Positions 28,547-37,820 of a DNA stretch of 48,262 nucleotides are shown one piece after another (positions within the stretch are counted from its first letter, which is position 1; each line of letters begins with the position of its first letter). Origin of the DNA: an uncultured Slackia sp. (lineage in GTDB: Bacteria > Actinomycetota > Coriobacteriia > Coriobacteriales > Eggerthellaceae). The stretch is taken from contig CAYTIS010000001.1 of assembly GCA_964438035.1 (NCBI GenBank), forward strand, positions 1-48,262. The letters run 5' to 3'. Position numbers and translations under genes: made by a program. Under the pieces are notes generated by a model. That model had not been told where the DNA came from. It searched no databases and saw only the letters and a list, made by a program, of their open reading frames with translations.

Positions 28547-30388
28547 CTACAGCTCGCCCAGAGCGTCGGCCACCTCAAGCCACTCATCTTCGAGAGCCTC
28601 CTTGGCTGCTTTTAACTCGTCCAACTCGGTTTGCAGCTGAGCCAAGGCCACAAAATCAGTGGGGTCGGCCGCCTCCATCTGGGCCTGCTTGTTCTGCACA
28701 CGCGCACCTGCAGTCGCGATGCGCTTTTCGAGCCCGCCCCGACGCTTCTTCAACTCACGCAGCTCTGCATTGGAAAGCTGCAGGGTGTCGCTGGTAGGAA
28801 CGGCCACGTAAGTCGGCGCGCCCGGCCCCTCACTTCCAGCCCTTGCCTGTCCTGTAACCTCGGCAAAGCTGCGCGCGCCGGCATCGCGCTCGTCAAGCAG
28901 CTCCAGGTACTCATCCACCCCGCGCGGTACGTGGCGCAGACAACCATCGATGAGGGCAAACTGGTCGTCGGTCACGCGCTCCATGAGATAGCGATCGTGT
29001 GTCACCATCACGAGCGTGCCTGCCCAGCTGTCAAGCAGGTCTTCCAACACGGCGAGCATATCGGTGTCCAGGTCATTGCCGGGCTCGTCAAGGATGAGTA
29101 CGTTGGGTTCGTCCAGCAAGATAAGTAAAAGCTGCAAGCGGCGCTTCTGCCCACCCGAAAGATCACACACCCGCGAATACAGGTGCTTAGGCGAAAAACC
29201 CAGGCGCTCCAGGAGCTTGGCGGAGGTGGTTTCCTTACCATCTACCACCACGCGGGTGCGATGACGCGCCAGCACCTCGGTCACACGGTCTGCTGCCAAA
29301 GCCTCAAGTTCATCGAGGCGCTGGGAGAGCACGGCGAACTTCACCGTCTTGCCGATGCGCACGCTGCCCGCCGTGGGCGCAAGCGCACCTTGAATAATCT
29401 CAAGCAGGGTGGTTTTGCCCGCACCGTTTTCGCCCAGGATGCCGTAGCGATCCCCTGGGCCAATCGTCCAGTCGATGTGGTCAAGGATGGTGCGCCCGCC
29501 CACGGTCTCGCTCACCTCAACCAGCTCCACCACGCGCTTACCCAAACGCTGCATGGCCGTGGCACGCAGTTCCAGGGGATTGCGCAGTGGTGGCTCTCCC
29601 TCAATCAGTTCAATGGCGCGAGCCATATGAAACTTCGGCTTGGTTGAACGCGCCCTGGCCCCGCGAGAAAGCCAGGCCAGCTCCTTGCGCGCCAGGCTCT
29701 TGCGGCGACGCTCCGCCACCTGGGCCACCCGCTCGCGCTCCACCCGCTGAAGCACATAGGCTGAGTAACCGCCCTCAAAGGGATCCACCTGGCCGTCATG
29801 AACCTCCCACATGCTGGTGGCCACCTCATCGAGAAACCAGCGATCATGCGTTACCACGAGCAGCACGCCCTGGCCGCGCCCCCAGCGCCCACGCAGGTGG
29901 CTGGCCAGCCAGGCGATGGCACGTATATCCAGGTGATTAGTAGGCTCGTCAAGCATAAGCACGTCCCAATCGCCGATGAGCAGGCGCGCCAAGTCGGTAC
30001 GGCGGCGCTGGCCACCCGAGAGTGAGCCCACACAAGCATCCCAGGGAATATCGGCCATAAGCGCAGCGATAATCTCTCGAATCCTTGCGTCACCCGCCCA
30101 GACATAGGAAGGCATGTCACCCACCACGGCGCGCTCCACCGTGTCGTCATCGCACAGCACATCAGCCTGGCCCAGCACCCCCATGCGCAGGTTGCGCGTG
30201 CGGCGCACCAGGCCCGCATCAAGGTCGGCTTCGCCCGCAAGCACACGCAAAAGCGTAGACTTGCCATCGCCGTTGCGCCCCACGATGCCAATGCGGTCTC
30301 CCTCGTGAACGCCTAGCGTCACACCATCAAGCACCGTTTTGGTCGGATATTCCAGATAGGCATCCTCACACCCCAGCACAAACGCCAC
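28547..30388 (-). CDS. ABC-F ATPase (Uup-like, C-terminal coiled coil)
   Basis: Two ABC domains (GRNGDGKST/LSGGQ/DEPTNHLD; GENGAGKTT/LSGGQ/DEPGNDLD), no TM; GTG 30388 after GAGG. Confidence 0.93.
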   Translation of the reverse strand: MAFVLGCEDAYLEYPTKTVLDGVTLGVHEGDRIGIVGRNGDGKSTLLRVLAGEADLDAGLVRRTRNLRMGVLGQADVLCDDDTVERAVVGDMPSYVWAGDARIREIIAALMADIPWDACVGSLSGGQRRRTDLARLLIGDWDVLMLDEPTNHLDIRAIAWLASHLRGRWGRGQGVLLVVTHDRWFLDEVATSMWEVHDGQVDPFEGGYSAYVLQRVERERVAQVAERRRKSLARKELAWLSRGARARSTKPKFHMARAIELIEGEPPLRNPLELRATAMQRLGKRVVELVEVSETVGGRTILDHIDWTIGPGDRYGILGENGAGKTTLLEIIQGALAPTAGSVRIGKTVKFAVLSQRLDELEALAADRVTEVLARHRTRVVVDGKETTSAKLLERLGFSPKHLYSRVCDLSGGQKRRLQLLLILLDEPNVLILDEPGNDLDTDMLAVLEDLLDSWAGTLVMVTHDRYLMERVTDDQFALIDGCLRHVPRGVDEYLELLDERDAGARSFAEVTGQARAGSEGPGAPTYVAVPTSDTLQLSNAELRELKKRRGGLEKRIATAGARVQNKQAQMEAADPTDFVALAQLQTELDELKAAKEALEDEWLEVADALGEL

Positions 30389-30625
30389 GAATGCATCCTC
30401 TCTCTTTTTTCCCGTGCACCAAAGGCCCGCTGTAGGCACATATCCCAGCGCAGGCGCCTCCGTGTGCGACAAGGCGGGATTATAAACCCCCCAGCACCAA
30501 ATCCCGATTTGCTAGACTGGCACCCGCTTGCGCGAATCGGGCTCGGCGCGCCACCCCGGCACTCGCCCGTCTCACCCGCCTCGCCGCTTGCTTCCGTCCT
30601 GCCCACATGAAGAAATGAGCCGCCT

Positions 30626-30664
30626 ATGAATCCCTTTCACAAGGCGTACTGCCGTATCTATCAG
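30626..30664 (+). pseudogene. probable 5' remnant of an iron-containing alcohol dehydrogenase gene
   Basis: MNPFHKAYCRIYQ resembles, from recall, the N-terminus of gut-anaerobe Fe-ADHs; abuts the ALDH fragment out of frame. Confidence 0.5.
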
Positions 30665-30864
30665 GCGAAGAGATTTTCGGGCCCGTGCTACCCATCATTA
30701 CCTACGAGCGAATCGATGAGGCCGAAGCCTTTGTCAAGGCGCGGCCCAAGCCACTAGCCCTCTATCTGTTTACCCGCTCTGCGGCCCTGGAGGAGCACTT
30801 CTTAACCCACGTGCCCTTCGGCGGCGGCTGCGTCAATGACACGGTGGTGCACCTGTCCACCCCG
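30664..30864 (+). pseudogene. internal fragment of an aldehyde dehydrogenase (ALDH3/YwdH-like)
   Basis: GEEIFGPVLPI...PKPLALYLFT...GGGCVND; lacks the N-terminus and the PFGGVGxSG end. Confidence 0.85.
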
Positions 30865-30912
30865 GCAAGCCACCGGATGCTGCCCACCCAAACTTTTCTC
30901 CAAAGGATCAGT

Positions 30913-31707
30913 ATGGAACTCGTCGATTGCCACACCCACACCGTCTATTCCGACGGCGCGTCCACCTTGAGGGAGAATATGGTCGCCGCCGTCCAAGCCG
31001 GGCTCAGTCTCATCGCCTGCACTGACCATTTGGCCCACCCCGCCTACATGGACTGCGCCATCGACGAGGCGAGCATCGCCAGCTACGCCGCCGAAATCTC
31101 CCAGCTGCGCGAAGCCTTTCCTACCCTCGATATCATCTATGGCTTTGAAGCCGACTGGTACCCCGGCTGCGAAGCCGACATCGCCGCCGTGCGTGCAGAG
31201 GCCACCTTCCTGCTGGGATCAGTGCATTACCTGGACGAATTCGCGATTGATTGGAGCGAAGACATGCGCGCCTGGGAGATGTGGGGCGCCAACGGCGTGT
31301 GGGAGCGCTACGTGGAAGCCTGGTGCACCGCCTGTTCCAGCTCCGCCTTTGATTCGATGGCCCACCCTGACCTGGTGCGCCTCATGGGCCCAGCTGGCTA
31401 CACGCCCACCATCCCGCTTGAACCCCTGTGGAACCGTATGGCCCAGGCCGCACGGAAAGCCGGGGTGCATGTGGAAGTATCCACGGCAGCTCTGCGCAAA
31501 AACCTGGGGGATTGTTATCCCGAAGAGGGACTGCTGCGCCGCTTCTGCGAAGCCGGCGTGCCCATCACCGTGGGCTCAGACGCACACAAGGCCGCGCACG
31601 TGGGTCATGCCATCGCCGAAGCCTGCGCGTACGCGGCCCGCGTCGGCTACACAAGCATTGATGTACCCACCGTCCAAGGCGGCTGGCGCAGCGTCCCCAT
31701 CGCGTGA
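30913..31707 (+). CDS. histidinol-phosphatase, PHP (HisJ/HisK) family
   Basis: DCHTH, TDH, GFEAD, GSVH, AHPD, GSDAH; ATG 30913 after AAAGGA; adjacent to the his operon. Confidence 0.88.
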   Translation: MELVDCHTHTVYSDGASTLRENMVAAVQAGLSLIACTDHLAHPAYMDCAIDEASIASYAAEISQLREAFPTLDIIYGFEADWYPGCEADIAAVRAEATFLLGSVHYLDEFAIDWSEDMRAWEMWGANGVWERYVEAWCTACSSSAFDSMAHPDLVRLMGPAGYTPTIPLEPLWNRMAQAARKAGVHVEVSTAALRKNLGDCYPEEGLLRRFCEAGVPITVGSDAHKAAHVGHAIAEACAYAARVGYTSIDVPTVQGGWRSVPIA

Positions 31708-31714
31708 GGACTGA

Positions 31715-32032
31715 TCAGCGCCTGCGAGCATCAAGCTCCCCGGCCAGCTCCTCGATGCTCACGCCGTAGCGCTCGCATACCACAAGCAGGTGATAGAGCA
31801 GGTCGGCCGCCTCGTAGCGGATGTGGTCGTGGTCGTCATCCTTGCAGGCAAAGGCCACTTCACAGGCCTCTTCCATCACCTTTTTGAGCGCATAGTCGGC
31901 AGGCCCGTGAAGCAGGTGCGCCGTGTAACTCTCCTGCGGGTTCGCATCGCGCCGTGCAGCAATCACCTCAGCAAGATTGGTGAGGGTCGCTCCGATATCA
32001 CCGGGAACCACATGAGGCGTCCTCTCTCCCAC
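31715..32032 (-). CDS. hisE: phosphoribosyl-ATP pyrophosphohydrolase
   Basis: [20 protein letters not shown]; GTG 32032 after AAGGAGG. Confidence 0.94.
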   Translation of the reverse strand: MGERTPHVVPGDIGATLTNLAEVIAARRDANPQESYTAHLLHGPADYALKKVMEEACEVAFACKDDDHDHIRYEAADLLYHLLVVCERYGVSIEELAGELDARRR

Positions 32033-32378
32033 GACACCCTCCTTCCAAAGCCTCGAAAAAGCAGCTGCGTGCACCCGTATGACAGGCGGGCCCGGGCGAA
32101 TCCACCTTCACCAGCAGGCAATCGCGGTCACAATCGGCTGTCACCGACACCACCTTCTGCACATTTCCGCTGGTAGCACCCTTATTCCACAGCTCCTGGC
32201 GCGAGCGCGACCAAAACCAGGTACTGCGCGTCTCAAGCGTCAGAGCAAGCGACTGAGCATTCATCCATGCCATCATCAGCACCTCACCGGTGTCATGCTG
32301 CTGGACGATGGCGGGGATGAGACCCCGCTCATCAAAGCTAAGATTGACCCCTAGCAGAGCAGCTTCGTGAGCGGACAT
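31998..32378 (-). CDS. hisI: phosphoribosyl-AMP cyclohydrolase
   Basis: [31 protein letters not shown]. Confidence 0.96.
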   Translation of the reverse strand: MSAHEAALLGVNLSFDERGLIPAIVQQHDTGEVLMMAWMNAQSLALTLETRSTWFWSRSRQELWNKGATSGNVQKVVSVTADCDRDCLLVKVDSPGPACHTGARSCFFEALEGGCRGREDASCGSR

Positions 32379-32390
32379 GCACACCCCTTC

Positions 32391-33173
32391 CTAGCAGTCC
32401 AGACGCACGGGGATGCCCTGGGCGGCCATATGCTCTTTGACCTGGCGGATGGAGAAGGTACCAAAATGAAACACGCTCGCCGCCAGCACCGCGTCGGCCT
32501 CACCCTCAATCACCCCTTCGGCGAAGTGGTCAAGCGTGCCCACGCCCCCCGAGGCGATCACGGGAATGGGTACCGCACGTGCCACCGCCCGGGTAAGGGC
32601 CACATCAAAGCCCTCCTGGGTACCGTCACGATCCATGCTCGTGAGGAGAATTTCGCCCGCCCCGCGCCGGGCCGCCTCCTGAGCCCACGCCACGGCATCA
32701 AGTCCCGTAGCCACGCGCCCTCCGGCCACATACACCTCCCAGCGATCCGCTGCAGGCTTTCCGGAGGTGCCCACGCGCTTGGCATCAATAGCACAGACGA
32801 CGGCCTGACTGCCAAAGGCGGCCGCTGCCCGTGTGATGAGGGAGGGGTCTTTGACCGCAGCGGAGTTAAGCGACACCTTATCAGCACCCGCCGCCACCAT
32901 GCGCCGCATCCCCTCAAGATCGCGAAAGCCGCCGCCCACCGTATAGGGAATCGCCAGCTCAGAGGCAGCATGAGCGGCCATCTCAATCGTGGTGGCACGC
33001 TCGTCGCTTGTGGCGGTGATGTCCAAAAACACCACCTCATCAGCACCTTCGTGATCGTAGGCCAAGGCCAGCTCCACGGGGTCACCGGCATCGCGCAGGC
33101 CTGTGAAGTTCACACCCTTGACCACGCGCCCGTCCTTCACGTCCAGGCATGGAATCACCCGTTTGGTGAGCAT
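32391..33173 (-). CDS. hisF: imidazole glycerol phosphate synthase cyclase subunit
   Basis: [31 protein letters not shown]. Confidence 0.97.
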   Translation of the reverse strand: MLTKRVIPCLDVKDGRVVKGVNFTGLRDAGDPVELALAYDHEGADEVVFLDITATSDERATTIEMAAHAASELAIPYTVGGGFRDLEGMRRMVAAGADKVSLNSAAVKDPSLITRAAAAFGSQAVVCAIDAKRVGTSGKPAADRWEVYVAGGRVATGLDAVAWAQEAARRGAGEILLTSMDRDGTQEGFDVALTRAVARAVPIPVIASGGVGTLDHFAEGVIEGEADAVLAASVFHFGTFSIRQVKEHMAAQGIPVRLDC

Positions 33174-33183
33174 GGCGCTCCTT

Positions 33184-33936
33184 TCAGCTCTCGCTCGAAG
33201 CGTCACAAGCCGCCGCCAGCGCCTCGGTGAGAGTAAACGTACCCTCGTACAGCGCCCGCCCACAGATGGCACCCTCCACCGCCTGAGGCCCCAGGGCCGC
33301 AAGCGCCCGCAAATCGTCAAGCGAAGCGATGCCGCCGGAGGCCACCACCGGAAAACCAGCCAAGACCGCAATCTCGCGATAGGCCGCCGCATCAATACCC
33401 GTCTGCATGCCATCGCGGGCGATGTCGGTGAACACCAGATGGCGAAAACCCCAGTTCGTAAGCTCACCAAGGACCTCAGCGAGGCTGCGGGAAACACCTT
33501 CGCGCCAGCCGTTGATTTTCACCTGCCCATCGCGAGCCGCCACATCAGCACTGAGAAGCGATCCAAAGCGGCGCGCAGCCTCACGAGCGAAGTCAGGATC
33601 GCGCACCAGCGCCGTACCAAGCGCGATGCGCGCGCAGCCCAGGGCCGCAAGCTCCTCGATACGCGCAAGCGAGCGCACGCCGCCCCCCACGTCCACCGAC
33701 AGGCCCTTCACCGCACAGATTGCCTCAATCGCCGCTGCGTTGGCGCGCCGCGCCACAGCATCCTCCTCGAAGGCGGCAGACAGATCCACCACGTGAACCC
33801 AGGAGGCCCCCTGGTCTACAAAGGAGCGCGCCATGGCAGCGGGATCATCCGCATATACCGTCATGCGGGAGCGCTCGCCACGCTCAAGACGCACTACCTT
33901 ACCGGCAATCAAATCAAGAGCAGGAAATACGATCAT
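33184..33936 (-). CDS. hisA: ProFAR isomerase
   Basis: FPALDL, VVRL, HVVDL, GGGVR, TDIARDG, ASGG. Confidence 0.95.
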   Translation of the reverse strand: MIVFPALDLIAGKVVRLERGERSRMTVYADDPAAMARSFVDQGASWVHVVDLSAAFEEDAVARRANAAAIEAICAVKGLSVDVGGGVRSLARIEELAALGCARIALGTALVRDPDFAREAARRFGSLLSADVAARDGQVKINGWREGVSRSLAEVLGELTNWGFRHLVFTDIARDGMQTGIDAAAYREIAVLAGFPVVASGGIASLDDLRALAALGPQAVEGAICGRALYEGTFTLTEALAAACDASSES

Positions 33937-34676
33937 GATGGGTCGCCCCCTTCGCCAGCCGCGATGCGCACAAAATTGCGCAGGATTACAAGCCCATGGG
34001 CGGAGGATTTTTCGGGATGAAACTGGCAACCGTACAGATTATCGCGCCACACCACCGAGGCAAAGGCGCGGGTATAGAAGGTCTGTGCCGCCACCACCTG
34101 CGCCTGCACGTCAGTATCCAAGGCATAGGAATGGGTGAAATACAGGTTTGCACCTTCGTCCACCCCTTCAAGGAGCGGACAGGCGCGAGACATCGTGCGG
34201 TGTAGCTGATCCCAGCCCACATGCGGCACTTTAAGACGCTGCGATGTCAGCTCCGTGCACGAACCCTCTAGCAGGCCCAACCCGCGCACCCAGCGCTGGT
34301 TTTTGACCTCAAAGACCTGACCAAGCCTCAAACCACTCCCATACTCATCGGAGACCTCATGCAGGGAAGCAGCAGGCTCAATCCCTTCGCTTCCTCTCTC
34401 AAAGAGCAGCTGAAGCCCTAGGCAGATACCCAAAAACGGAGTGTGCCCCGAACTGAGGGTCTCAAGCACCGCAGCACCCTGACCCGACTGGGCCATAAAC
34501 ACAGCCGCATCAAAAAACGAACCCACGCCCGGCAACACGATAGCATCAGCCCTCCGTATCCGGCGTGGGTCGTCGGTGATAAAGGCTCGAGCGCCCGCCC
34601 GTTCAAGACCACGGGCGACGCTCGAAAGGTTTCCCTTGTGATAGTCAATGACTGCGATGGCAGGGCTGCACGCCAT
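33933..34676 (-). CDS. hisH: imidazole glycerol phosphate synthase glutaminase subunit
   Basis: GNL.SV, LPGVG, GICLGLQ, PHVGW, QFHPEKS. Confidence 0.96.
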   Translation of the reverse strand: MACSPAIAVIDYHKGNLSSVARGLERAGARAFITDDPRRIRRADAIVLPGVGSFFDAAVFMAQSGQGAAVLETLSSGHTPFLGICLGLQLLFERGSEGIEPAASLHEVSDEYGSGLRLGQVFEVKNQRWVRGLGLLEGSCTELTSQRLKVPHVGWDQLHRTMSRACPLLEGVDEGANLYFTHSYALDTDVQAQVVAAQTFYTRAFASVVWRDNLYGCQFHPEKSSAHGLVILRNFVRIAAGEGGDPS

Positions 34677-34681
34677 AACCC

Positions 34682-35281
34682 CTACAAGACTCCCTTAGTA
34701 GAGGGTACCTCGCCACCCTTAACATCCACGTTGACGGCCTGCTTCAGAGCATGCGCACAGGCCTTGAACACGGCCTCAATGATGTGGTGAGCGTTTTCGC
34801 CACTCAAGAGCCGCACATGTAAGGTGATATGAGCCTCACGGGCAAAGGCAAGGAAGAACTCCTTGACCAGCTGAGTGTCAAACTCGCCCACGCGCTCAAC
34901 GGTAATGGGCACGTCGTAGTAGGCCTGACCACGCCCAGAAATATCCACCACAGCCATCACCAGGGCCTCATCCATGGGAATGATGGCCTGTCCATAGCGA
35001 TGGATGCCCGCCTTGTCGCCCAGGGCAAGGGCAAAGGCCTGACCCAACACGATACCCACGTCCTCCACAGTGTGGTGAGCATCCACCTCAAGGTCGCCCT
35101 TTGCGTAGACATCCACCCCAAAGCCGCCATGGCGGGCAAAGGCCTTAATCATGTGGTCGAAAAATCCAAGACCGGTAACCACTTCCTGGTTGCCGCCTTC
35201 GAGGTTCAGCGTGACGCGTATGTTTGTCTCATCAGTAACGCGCGAGACACTCATCTCGCGCTGCTCCTGCCACATATCCAA
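34682..35281 (-). CDS. hisB: imidazoleglycerol-phosphate dehydratase
   Basis: GFFDHM, DAHHTVED, PMDEAL, GENAHH, PSTKG. Confidence 0.96.
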   Translation of the reverse strand: MDMWQEQREMSVSRVTDETNIRVTLNLEGGNQEVVTGLGFFDHMIKAFARHGGFGVDVYAKGDLEVDAHHTVEDVGIVLGQAFALALGDKAGIHRYGQAIIPMDEALVMAVVDISGRGQAYYDVPITVERVGEFDTQLVKEFFLAFAREAHITLHVRLLSGENAHHIIEAVFKACAHALKQAVNVDVKGGEVPSTKGVL

Positions 35282-35333
35282 CGTGCAATACCTTCCCTTC
35301 TCTGAAATCCACTTCCCAACATATAGGTCGCGA

Positions 35334-36440
35334 TTATACCCCAGCCATGACCTGCGTGAGCGCTGTCATCACTGCATCGTTTTCCTTCGGCGTACCGATG
35401 GTGATACGCAAGCAGCCCTCCAAACCAGGTGCACGGGAGAAATCGCGCACGAGAATGGAGTGCTCGTCGCGCAGCCGCCTTCGCACCTCACCCGCCTGAG
35501 GGAGGCGAATCAAAAGGAAGTTTCCCTGTCCGGCCCACACCCGCGCACCCCGATCCTCATGGATGCGACACAGATCAGCAAGCCCCTCGTGCAGACGGGC
35601 ACGCTCGGCACCTATCTGCTTGATTTGAGGGACGAAGGCCTTGCGGTAGCGCACGGCAGTGAGGGCTGCGGCCTGCGTCAGCACGTTCACCGAATAGATC
35701 TGGCGAATGGCCCCCAACACCTCTATCACATCGGGTGCGGCCAGCACATACCCGCAGCGTATACCCGCCCCGCCAAAGGCCTTGGAAAGCGTGTGCAAGA
35801 TTACGAGGTTATCGAATTTATCCAGAAGCGCTGCGGCGCTTTGTTCGGCATCGGCGAACTCGCCGTAGGCCTCATCAATCATCACCAGGCCAGGGCAGGT
35901 CTCGCACAACCTACGCACCAAGGAAAGCGGGGCCACATCACCCGTAGGATTGTTGGGAGAACCCAGAATCACCAGGTTGGCTGTGGCCGCAGCCTCACAC
36001 AGGACATCGGCTGGGGGCGTATAGCTCTCCTGATTGCGCCAGACGCATTCCAGGTGGGTCTGGGTCAGCGCGGCGAAAAAGGCATACTCGCTGAAATCGG
36101 GAGGGCAGGTCAGAAGCGTACGCCCCGGCCCGCCAAAGGCCAGCAAAAAGTTATAGAGCAGCTCATCGCCCCCGTTGCCCACACACAAGGAAGTGCGCCT
36201 CACGCCCTGCCAGGCGGCCAGCTCATCGCGCAGCTCATCAGCCATGGGGTCGGGATAGCGATTGAGCGGGGTGTCAGCCAAGGCCCTGTCGATGGCCTCG
36301 CGCACCCCCGGGGGCAGAGGATAGGTATTCTCGTTGGCCGAGAGGTTGATGTCGCAGGGCGCAAAGGCCGGATCGTAGGGCGTGATGCCGGAGAGATGAG
36401 GCTGAACCAGCCCCTTCATGCGCGCGGAAAGCTCGGCCAT
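35334..36440 (-). CDS. hisC: histidinol-phosphate aminotransferase
   Basis: LSANEN, RYP, PNNPTG, DEAY, TLSKAFG. Confidence 0.95.
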   Translation of the reverse strand: MAELSARMKGLVQPHLSGITPYDPAFAPCDINLSANENTYPLPPGVREAIDRALADTPLNRYPDPMADELRDELAAWQGVRRTSLCVGNGGDELLYNFLLAFGGPGRTLLTCPPDFSEYAFFAALTQTHLECVWRNQESYTPPADVLCEAAATANLVILGSPNNPTGDVAPLSLVRRLCETCPGLVMIDEAYGEFADAEQSAAALLDKFDNLVILHTLSKAFGGAGIRCGYVLAAPDVIEVLGAIRQIYSVNVLTQAAALTAVRYRKAFVPQIKQIGAERARLHEGLADLCRIHEDRGARVWAGQGNFLLIRLPQAGEVRRRLRDEHSILVRDFSRAPGLEGCLRITIGTPKENDAVMTALTQVMAGV

Positions 36441-36443
36441 GTC

Positions 36444-37820
36444 CTAGACCTTCTGAGGTTCGTCAAGCGTAATAGGCCAAGCAATCGAGCTAGCCTCACG
36501 CGCACAGGAACGGTCTTCGCCAAAAACTTCCGTGCCAGCCTCAGCTAAACGCCGACGCAGGCCCACCGAGAGTGCATGCGCCCACAAACCTTCTGCCTGG
36601 GCCATAGTCTGGGCAGCATCAGCATCGTTTTGCAGGCCCTGAGACGTGTAGCACACCACCGAGGATTTTTTGAGAAAGTCATCCACCGAAAGCGGGCTTG
36701 AGTGCACGGCGGTACCGCCCGTGGGTAGGGTGTGATTGGGCCCAGCCACATAATCACCCAAGGGTTCAGAACTCCAGGCTCCCACAAAGATTGCACCCGC
36801 ATGCTTGATGGCGCCCACCAAACCCATAGCCTCCTTACAATGCAGCTCAAGATGCTCGGGAGCAATCAGGTTCACAGCATCAATCGCCTGCTCCATACTG
36901 CGGGCCACGACGACCATGCCCCAGTCATCGAGGGAGGAACGCGTAATCTGCTCGCGCGGGCTTTGACTCAGAAGCTCTTCCACGCAGCGCTCTACCTCAC
37001 GGGCCAGCTCGATATCAAGGGTCACCAGGTAGCTAGTGGCCAGCGGATCATGCTCGGCCTGGGCCATGAGGTCGGCGGCCACAATCAGAGGATCGGCCGT
37101 GGCATCGGCCAGCACGCACACCTCGGAGGGGCCAGCCACCATGTCGATGGCTACATCCCCGCTCACCAGGCGCTTGGCAGCTGCTACATAGGCATTGCCG
37201 GGGCCGGTGACCACCGACACCTTGGGGATAGACTCAGTGCCGTAGGCCAAAGCAGCAATGGCCTGGGCACCCCCTACCGTATAGACCTCATCCACCCCTC
37301 CGAGCTTGGCTGCGGCAAGTGTATAAGGCGAAAGCGCATCTTTCTGAGGTGGGGTAACCATGACGATGCGCGGCACGCCAGCCACCTTGGCGGGCACGGC
37401 ATTCATGAGCACCGTGGAAGGATACTGAGCCCGCCCGCCTGGCACGTAGATGCCAGCCGAATCCATCGGCGTGATCTTTTCGCCCAGGATAGTGCCGTCG
37501 GGCCGGGTGGTAAACCACGACTGATGCAGTGCGCGGGCGTGAAATTCGCGAATCTGGTACGCCGCCTGCTCAAGAGCTTCGATGAAGCGGGAATCCACCA
37601 GGCTGGGCGCTCGGTCAAGCTCCTCCTGGGGCACGCGAAACTCCTCCACCTCCACGCCGTCGTAGGCAGCGCTCAGCTCACGCAGGGCCGCATCTCCCTT
37701 ATCGCGCACCATCGCCACAATATCGGAGGCACTGCGCATTACGGAGGACGGCAGCACCCCCTTGCGGGTCAGCTGGTCCTCGCGCAGAGTCTCGTTGGGG
37801 GCAAGCTCCACAAACTTCAT
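36444..37820 (-). CDS. hisD: histidinol dehydrogenase
   Basis: GIYVPGG, GPGNAYV, AGPSE, QAEHD, APEHL, GDYVAGPNHTLPT. Confidence 0.97.
   Translation of the reverse strand: MKFVELAPNETLREDQLTRKGVLPSSVMRSASDIVAMVRDKGDAALRELSAAYDGVEVEEFRVPQEELDRAPSLVDSRFIEALEQAAYQIREFHARALHQSWFTTRPDGTILGEKITPMDSAGIYVPGGRAQYPSTVLMNAVPAKVAGVPRIVMVTPPQKDALSPYTLAAAKLGGVDEVYTVGGAQAIAALAYGTESIPKVSVVTGPGNAYVAAAKRLVSGDVAIDMVAGPSEVCVLADATADPLIVAADLMAQAEHDPLATSYLVTLDIELAREVERCVEELLSQSPREQITRSSLDDWGMVVVARSMEQAIDAVNLIAPEHLELHCKEAMGLVGAIKHAGAIFVGAWSSEPLGDYVAGPNHTLPTGGTAVHSSPLSVDDFLKKSSVVCYTSQGLQNDADAAQTMAQAEGLWAHALSVGLRRRLAEAGTEVFGEDRSCAREASSIAWPITLDEPQKV

Noticed and set aside
28547-30388. ABC-F as an antibiotic resistance (ARE) factor
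   Set aside because: Architecture with a C-terminal coiled coil is Uup-like; no leader peptide seen
30685-31707. 340-aa ALDH-PHP fusion protein from the ORF track
   Set aside because: The ALDH part is a short non-catalytic fragment without an SD; the real start with SD is 30913
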